Positions 58,132 to 64,000 of a DNA stretch of 64,000 nucleotides are shown in pieces. Origin of the DNA: Planctomycetota bacterium (GTDB taxonomy: Bacteria > Planctomycetota > B15-G4); assembly GCA_965248575.1 (NCBI GenBank), contig CBDFJQ010000002.1, positions 2,752,001-2,816,000 of the forward strand, in the 5' to 3' direction. Under the pieces are notes generated by a model. It ran no database searches. It was given only the letters and a program-made list of their open reading frames with translations, and was not told where the DNA came from. The position numbers were made by a program, and so were the translations under genes. How positions within the stretch are numbered: the stretch's first letter is position 1; each line of letters starts with the position of its first letter.

Positions 58132-60066
58132 ATGACATACCCACGTCTCCTTCTCGCCGGACTGCTCCTGGGCGGAGCACTCGCTCCCCCATCCAACGCA
58201 CAGACGATGGGGGAGATCGACCCGACCCTCGCCGGTGAGCAGGTGGGGATCTACTCCACGGAGTCCAGCTACTTCCGGCTGCGTATCTCACCGACCAACA
58301 CCCGCCGCTTCCACTACGGAAGCCGGCTGCTCCCGGCCAAACCGCCGCGTCCTGTCGCAGGGGACTTCAACGGCAACAACCGGGACAGCGTCGGCGTCTT
58401 CGAGAACCACGACGCCACCTGGCACCTCGGCAACAAGAACGGCCAGGGCAAGGAGCTGTGGACCTTCCAGTTCGGAACGCTCAACAGCGAAGCCATCACG
58501 GGCAACTGGAACGGCGCCGGCGGTGACGGTGTCGGGACATACCAGCCCACGACCGGCCAGTTCTCACTGAGAAACACAGCCACACCAGGCTCTGCGGAAT
58601 ACAGCTTCACGCTGCTCGCAGGCTCACCTCCCACGGTGCTGACCGGTGGCCACGCCGTTTCGGGTGACTTCAACGGCAACGGCAAGGACAGCGTCGGCAT
58701 CTACGACCCGAACAACGGCCACTTCTACCTGACGAACGCCGACCTCACCGTGCCAGCCGCCAGCCACACGGCGGGCGTTGACTACCAGTTCGGCCCGAAC
58801 CCCGGCCTTCCAGTGGGTGCTGAGGGCCCCCCCTTGCTCCCCGTCTTCGCCGACTGGAACTTCAACGGCAAGGACACGCCCGCCGTCTACGAACAAGCCA
58901 TCCAGACCTTTCACGTCGCGCTTGCCAACGTCACGAGCGCCCCCGTGACCTGGCTCTACGGGTCCGAGGAAGCCTACGCCTGGTACCCCGTGGCCGGTCG
59001 CTGGAACCTCGCGGGCTCCACTGGGGAACACACCGGCTTCGCTTGGCCCCAGGACGGTGCCCAAGGCATGGCCGTAGAGACCCTCAACGCAGGCTTCGCA
59101 CAAGCGGGGAACATCACGAACCTGCACAGCCTCGTGGTCTGCCGCAACGGCTACCTGGTCAAGGAGAAGTACTTCCACGGCTTCGACGCGACCATGGGCA
59201 ACTCCATCAAGTCCGTCTCCAAAAGCTTGTTGTCCGCGATGTTCGGTATCGGCCTCGCGCCAGGCGGCGTGCTCGGCACCATCCACGACAGCGTGGTGAG
59301 CTACCTACCCGGCTACGTCCCGGCCGGCGACCCCAAGGAGGCCATCACCCTGCGCAACATCCTCACCATGCGCTCGGGCCTGGATGTGCAGACGGGTGGC
59401 TACGGACCCTTCTACAACTCAACAGGCGACTGGATGCAGTACGTCCTCAGCAGCCCGTTGCTGTTTACGCCGGGCACCTACCATCAGTACAGCCTTGAGC
59501 TGACCCATCTCGGCTACGGCATCATCCAGAGCGCGGCCACGGCTGCCGCGCTACCCCCGGGCAACACGGTCCACGCCTCCGACTTCGCGGACGAACACCT
59601 GCTCGGCCCACTCGAGATCAGCACCACCCGCTGGGACCGTGATCCCTTTGGCGTGGATGCAGGCGGATTCTTCATGCGTCCGCGGGACATGGCGCGCTTC
59701 GGGCAGCTGTTCCTCGACCAGGGCACGGTGACGAACACGAGTGGTGCGAGCGTTCCCATCCTGCCGGCCAGCTGGGTGGCGGACTCCACCTCCGCGGTGG
59801 TGCCCAAGAACTTCCCCGGCGCCACGGGCACCTGGGACTACGGATACTGGTGGTGGCGCGGCAGCTTCGCCGGGCACCCCACCTTCTTTGGCTGGGGCTA
59901 CGGCGGCCAGTTCATCTTCGTCGTGCCCAGCAAGCTGCTCGTGGTGGTGGCCACCTCGGACTGGGTGCTGAACCCGGGCAGCGCGACGATCACCCAGACG
60001 TACAACGCCATCTTCGCGCTCATGAACACCTACATCGTCCCGGCCGCCCCGACGGGCGATGGCTAG
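58132..60066 (+). CDS. Secreted beta-lactamase-family serine hydrolase with N-terminal GDxNG repeats
   Basis: Signal peptide; PVAGDFNGNNRDSVGVF-type repeats; SVSK (SxxK), ILTMRSG, YS, RPRDMARFG, GYGGQF. Confidence 0.85.
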   Translation: MTYPRLLLAGLLLGGALAPPSNAQTMGEIDPTLAGEQVGIYSTESSYFRLRISPTNTRRFHYGSRLLPAKPPRPVAGDFNGNNRDSVGVFENHDATWHLGNKNGQGKELWTFQFGTLNSEAITGNWNGAGGDGVGTYQPTTGQFSLRNTATPGSAEYSFTLLAGSPPTVLTGGHAVSGDFNGNGKDSVGIYDPNNGHFYLTNADLTVPAASHTAGVDYQFGPNPGLPVGAEGPPLLPVFADWNFNGKDTPAVYEQAIQTFHVALANVTSAPVTWLYGSEEAYAWYPVAGRWNLAGSTGEHTGFAWPQDGAQGMAVETLNAGFAQAGNITNLHSLVVCRNGYLVKEKYFHGFDATMGNSIKSVSKSLLSAMFGIGLAPGGVLGTIHDSVVSYLPGYVPAGDPKEAITLRNILTMRSGLDVQTGGYGPFYNSTGDWMQYVLSSPLLFTPGTYHQYSLELTHLGYGIIQSAATAAALPPGNTVHASDFADEHLLGPLEISTTRWDRDPFGVDAGGFFMRPRDMARFGQLFLDQGTVTNTSGASVPILPASWVADSTSAVVPKNFPGATGTWDYGYWWWRGSFAGHPTFFGWGYGGQFIFVVPSKLLVVVATSDWVLNPGSATITQTYNAIFALMNTYIVPAAPTGDG

Positions 60067-60129
60067 GAGCGCGGCTGCCGTCTTCGGCAGATCCAAGGAA
60101 CTGTTGCAGTGCCAGGGGGGAGCCCGCGG

Positions 60130-60666
60130 TCAGCGGTATGGGCGAATCCCCCGGGCACTGCGGCGCTGGTTCACACCACCCAGGGCCGCGGGCTCCAGCC
60201 GCAGGACACGAAGCAGGCGCGAGGACGTCACGCCCAGGCACTCGGCGGCTGCAGAGGCGTCGTCTTCGTAGGACACCGTCACATCGAGGGCCTCGGCGAT
60301 GAGGCTCGGGACATCGGCATGATGCTCGTTCACCGCGAGGCGGTTGCCTCCGGTGCGCTCGGCCCAGAGCGCCGACGGTTGGTAGGTCTCGACGTTGATG
60401 GGCAAGCGGACGTCCAGGGCGAGCCGCAGCCGCAGTCTGCGCAGGGCCATGCTGCGGTTCTGCTCCAGAGAGCGGCGCTCATTGGCCTCCACCTGCAAGC
60501 CCGTCGGCAGGTGCCGCAGGCGCACGGCCGTCTCCACCTTGTTGCGCCGCTGCCCGCCGGGCCCCGAGGCGCGGTGGCGGCTCTCCTCGACCTGGGCCAA
60601 CAGCTCCGCCTCGGCAAGGCCAGCGGGATGGCGAGTACCCGAAGGCGGCTCGGCGGCGGACGACAT
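60130..60666 (-). CDS. Release-factor-like (GGQ) peptidyl-tRNA hydrolase domain protein
   Basis: RASGPGGQRRNKVETAVRLRHLPTG; no codon-recognition domain; C-terminal helical extension. Confidence 0.85.
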   Translation of the reverse strand: MSSAAEPPSGTRHPAGLAEAELLAQVEESRHRASGPGGQRRNKVETAVRLRHLPTGLQVEANERRSLEQNRSMALRRLRLRLALDVRLPINVETYQPSALWAERTGGNRLAVNEHHADVPSLIAEALDVTVSYEDDASAAAECLGVTSSRLLRVLRLEPAALGGVNQRRSARGIRPYR

Positions 60667-60914
60667 GGCGGGGATCCAGGACGAGGGTGATCGAGGTCGC
60701 GTCCGTGCTTCCACCTGAGTGCGCCGGCTGGAACGACCAGAACGTTCCAGGACATCATGCCCTAGATAGCCCTGGACCAGCGTCGGGCCCCGGGCCGAAG
60801 CTCGGCGGGGCTCGCGATTCCGACTTCTCCCAGGATCCGCTAGGATCACCCACCTTCCGGCGTGGGCCGCCCGCCCACGCCGACCACGATTGCTGCCCCC
60901 CACGAGCCACTCCG

Positions 60915-61400
60915 ATGAAGCCCAAGCCCGGCATTCTCGACGCCCTCCAAGATGTTCTCACCAAGGAGCTGACGGGCATCAATCAGTACTTCATCCACAG
61001 CAAGATGTGCACCAACTGGGGCTACGACCGGCTGGCCAAGTTCCAGTGGGATGAGTCCATGGACGAAATGCGCCACGCCGACAAGATCATCGACCGGATG
61101 CTGCTGCTGGAGGGCGCCCCGAACATGACCCGCTACGACAAGGTCGTGCCGGGCGAGGACCCCAAGTCGATGCTGGAGAACGACCTTGGCTTGGAGATGG
61201 CAGCCATCAAAACCCTCCAGCAGTCCATCAAGACGACCTTCGACCAGTTCGATCATGTCTCGCGTGAGCTCTTCGAGACCATCCTGGCCGACGAAGAGCA
61301 GCACGTGGATTGGCTCGAAGCCCAGCTGGGCAAGATCGACGCCATGGGCATCGAGAACTGGCTCGCCACCCAACAGTACGGTGACGGCGGCGGCGCCTGA
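60915..61400 (+). CDS. bfr: Bacterioferritin
   Basis: ELTGINQYFIH, DEMRHAD (ferroxidase E/H and heme Met), DLGLE, DEEQH. Confidence 0.95.
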   Translation: MKPKPGILDALQDVLTKELTGINQYFIHSKMCTNWGYDRLAKFQWDESMDEMRHADKIIDRMLLLEGAPNMTRYDKVVPGEDPKSMLENDLGLEMAAIKTLQQSIKTTFDQFDHVSRELFETILADEEQHVDWLEAQLGKIDAMGIENWLATQQYGDGGGA

Positions 61401-61465
61401 CCTACAGACCCGAAACCGGGGCGACGAGTCGCCGCCGGTTGCACACATCTCGACGAGAGCGACAA

Positions 61466-62116
61466 GTGACGGACGTTGATTGGACCCACGTGCTGCTGGT
61501 GCGGCATGGCGAAGTGGCCGAAGAGCACAAGGACACCTTCTACGGCTCTGCTGATGTGCCGCTCTCCGAAGCGGGCGAGATCGCCTCGCCGCTCCTGGCA
61601 GCGAAGATCGTCGAGCGCCACGACCCTCCAGATGGCGTCTGGTGCAGCCCCTTGACCCGCACGCTCGCCGTAGCCGAGCCCCTGGCCGCCATCGCCGGCC
61701 TGGAGGTGGTGGCCGACCCGGGCCTGCTCGAACTCAACCGGGGCAGCTGGACGCACCTCTCCCACACGGACCTGGAGCAGCAGTCGCCGGGAGCCATCGC
61801 CGCCTACCTGGCAGACCCCGAGACGTCCAACGCGCCGGATGGCGAGACCGAGTCCGCCTTCTCCGCGCGCGTGCACGCAACCTTCGACAAGGCCGTCGCC
61901 GCCCACCCGGGCGAGCACCTGGTGGTGGTGGCCCACGGCCACGTGATCCGGGTCATCATGCGCCGCCTGATGGGCTGGGACGTCGCCACCTCGATGCGCA
62001 ACTTCATGCCCTACCATGCCATCGTCGAGATGCGTGGCAAGGGCGACGGCAGCGGGGAGCTGATCGCGGCGCCGGAGGGCATCACGCCCCAGGCCCTGCG
62101 CTTCTCCGAACGCTAG
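61466..62116 (+). CDS. Histidine phosphatase family protein
   Basis: LVRHGE, SPLTRT, ELNRGSW, PDGET, VVAHG. Confidence 0.92.
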   Translation: MTDVDWTHVLLVRHGEVAEEHKDTFYGSADVPLSEAGEIASPLLAAKIVERHDPPDGVWCSPLTRTLAVAEPLAAIAGLEVVADPGLLELNRGSWTHLSHTDLEQQSPGAIAAYLADPETSNAPDGETESAFSARVHATFDKAVAAHPGEHLVVVAHGHVIRVIMRRLMGWDVATSMRNFMPYHAIVEMRGKGDGSGELIAAPEGITPQALRFSER

Positions 62117-62200
62117 GCACGCGCCGGCCAGCAGTCTGGGGGCACTCAGCAAACGCGCGGCACCTCCGCGCCCCCACCCTCAGCGTGGGCGCCCGCCGTC

Positions 62201-62272
62201 AACGAACGAGGGGCCCGGCCGCCGAAACGACCGAGCCCCCCGAGTGATCATCCGGCGACTCGCCGGGGATCA
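62201..62272 (-). terminator. Hairpins between convergent genes; likely terminator of the minus-strand protease gene
   Basis: Minus strand GGGGCUCGGUCG-UUUCGG-CGGCCGGGCCCC followed by UCGUUCGUU (62201-62239); a second hairpin at 62245-62272. Confidence 0.65.
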
Positions 62273-62286
62273 GGAACCGCAGCGGA

Positions 62287-64000
62287 TCAGGGCAGGAAGT
62301 CTGCCTGCACCGCGTTGGAGATGGCGAAGCCCTGGGGCTGGCCACCGTCTTCGCTCACGATCTGCACGAAGGCCGAGAACGGACCCCCACCACCGGGAAC
62401 GCCGGGGATGAAGATCTCACCGTTTCCGTCCGTCCCGAGGATCTTCACCACCGTCGGCGGCACCGGAACAACCATACCGCCCACCAGGGGCGTCGGGCTG
62501 TTGGTGAAACCAACGAAGGCGTAGGAGAGCGCGTTGGCCGGACCACCGGTCATGAGCAGATCCGCCGTGGTGCCCGTCGAAAGGTCACCACCACAGATGG
62601 ACAGCACCATGGAACCGGGGCCACCGAAGCCCAGGTCCGTCTGGCAGACCACGTTGAGCACGTCCGGAAGGTCGCGATCGGTGACGGTGATCTGGTTCGT
62701 GACACTGGACATCTGGCCGTTGCTGTCCGTGGCGGTCGCCGTGATCTGGTGCACGCCCACAGACAGGCTAGCCGTGCTGGACTGCCGGCCGCTGCCGATG
62801 GAGCCGTCCAGATCGGACGTCCACTGGATGCTGGCACCGTCGAGGGAGTTGTCCTCAAGGTCCCAACCGGAGCTGTGCAGGATGACCGTGGCACCCACCT
62901 GGAAGCTGAAGCCAGCGTCCGGGTGATACATCTCGATCCAGGGGTCATTGCCACCCACACCAGCAAAGGCCTGACCACCCGTGACGGGCTGGGACTTCAC
63001 GACGGTGGTGTTCAACCCGTCGGTCGCCCGCAGCTCGAAGTAGCCGACGCCGTCCACGAGGCCCGGCAAGTTGCGCAGATCGACGGTCCACTCCGTCTCG
63101 CTGATGGCCGTGGCCAGGGGCGAGAAGTTGGTGCCGTCGTTGGTGTAACGCAGGTAGTAGGCGATCTCGTCACCGTCCAGGTCAGCACCGTTCCAGGACA
63201 CCGTGAGCACGGGGCTGGAGATGGGGCTGGCGTTGGGGCTGACGAAGGCCACTTCCGGAGCGGAGGAGCTACGGGTCAGGGTCACACCCTGCACGTCCGC
63301 GGCACCGGCCTGCTCGAACACCAGACGGTCGATGCGTGCACCGTTGGGGCCCGTGGCAGGGATCTGCGCGTGGAAGTTGATGAGCGGCGACGACGTTGCT
63401 GAGTCAGAACCCGACTCGGCGCAGTCCGTTACACCCGTTGCGGAAACCGCCAACTCCCGGACGGCGTTCTCGCCGACGTAGGAACGCAGCACGAAGTCCG
63501 CAGCGCCACCGACCACAGGGCCGGTCTTCTCGGCGGCAGGCACTTCCACCACGTGGTGCAGCTCGATCCCACCGGTCAACTTGTTCCAGACACCGTTGAC
63601 GAGCAGCGTCGGCGTCTCGTCCACCTGGGTCAACTCAAGCGGCAGCTGATAGGTGTTGTGGTTGAGGAAGAAGTTGTAGTTGTTGCTGCCGACCCAGGCG
63701 ACGGGGGTCAGCAAGCCAGCCACCATGATGTCGTTCTGGGTGAAAGGCTTGAGCTGGCTGAGGCCCTGGGTCTTGTTGAGGTGGTGCTCAACATCGATGC
63801 CGTAGGTGTTCACGATGATGTTGTTGTGAGACAGGCCGTGGTTGTGGCCGATCTCGTGCGCGAAGGTGCGCTGGTGGCGGATGGCCTGGGTGTTGCCCAT
63901 GGAGGCCGGGCCACCGATGGTGGACTGACCGTTGTAGGGCAAGCTGCCGGGCACCCAACCGTAGATGTAGTCCGGGATCGGGCTCATCATCAGGCGGTCG
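62287..64000 (-). CDS. Metzincin zinc metalloprotease (5' end outside window) with Ig-like domains and a C-terminal putative sorting domain
   Basis: HEIGHNHGLSH (HExxHxxGxxH), Met-turn DIMV, DLEDN...WTSDLDG..LSVGVHQIT Ig-like domain. Confidence 0.85.
   Translation of the reverse strand, partial: DRLMMSPIPDYIYGWVPGSLPYNGQSTIGGPASMGNTQAIRHQRTFAHEIGHNHGLSHNNIIVNTYGIDVEHHLNKTQGLSQLKPFTQNDIMVAGLLTPVAWVGSNNYNFFLNHNTYQLPLELTQVDETPTLLVNGVWNKLTGGIELHHVVEVPAAEKTGPVVGGAADFVLRSYVGENAVRELAVSATGVTDCAESGSDSATSSPLINFHAQIPATGPNGARIDRLVFEQAGAADVQGVTLTRSSSAPEVAFVSPNASPISSPVLTVSWNGADLDGDEIAYYLRYTNDGTNFSPLATAISETEWTVDLRNLPGLVDGVGYFELRATDGLNTTVVKSQPVTGGQAFAGVGGNDPWIEMYHPDAGFSFQVGATVILHSSGWDLEDNSLDGASIQWTSDLDGSIGSGRQSSTASLSVGVHQITATATDSNGQMSSVTNQITVTDRDLPDVLNVVCQTDLGFGGPGSMVLSICGGDLSTGTTADLLMTGGPANALSYAFVGFTNSPTPLVGGMVVPVPPTVVKILGTDGNGEIFIPGVPGGGGPFSAFVQIVSEDGGQPQGFAISNAVQADFLP

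Noticed and set aside
48471..60066. Beta-lactam biosynthesis or resistance cluster (IPN-epimerase-like gene plus beta-lactamase-family gene)
   Set aside because: Both families are broad, the genes are over 8 kb apart, and no ACV synthetase or IPN synthase is present.

Overview
High-GC bacterial chromosomal window; the gene repertoire suggests a Planctomycetota-like organism (inference only). About 40 protein genes, mostly envelope and secreted proteins. These include two GldA/GldF/GldG(+DUF4340)-type ABC modules flanking a 2221-aa PKD-repeat subtilase and nagB; a lower-GC block encoding a secreted Gly-Gly-X protein, lying between a 15-bp inverted repeat; a gene split by a G6 frameshift; two ECF sigma factors with membrane partners; a tandem pair of 427-aa paralogs; sulfatases, a sulfotransferase and glycosyltransferases; a TetR-UbiB unit with two clear operators; thrC, bfr and a GGQ release-factor-like protein. 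No rRNA, tRNA, CRISPR array or transposase was recognised. The best candidates for undescribed systems are (1) a CRISPR-independent ECF sigma / membrane anti-sigma / membrane-anchored TPR-CHAT protease triad (52234-56023) and (2) a conserved C-terminal domain on unrelated secreted enzymes that looks like a sorting or anchoring signal. All calls come from reading motifs by eye, with no database searches. Start codons were adjusted by hand where RBS or gene overlap supported it.
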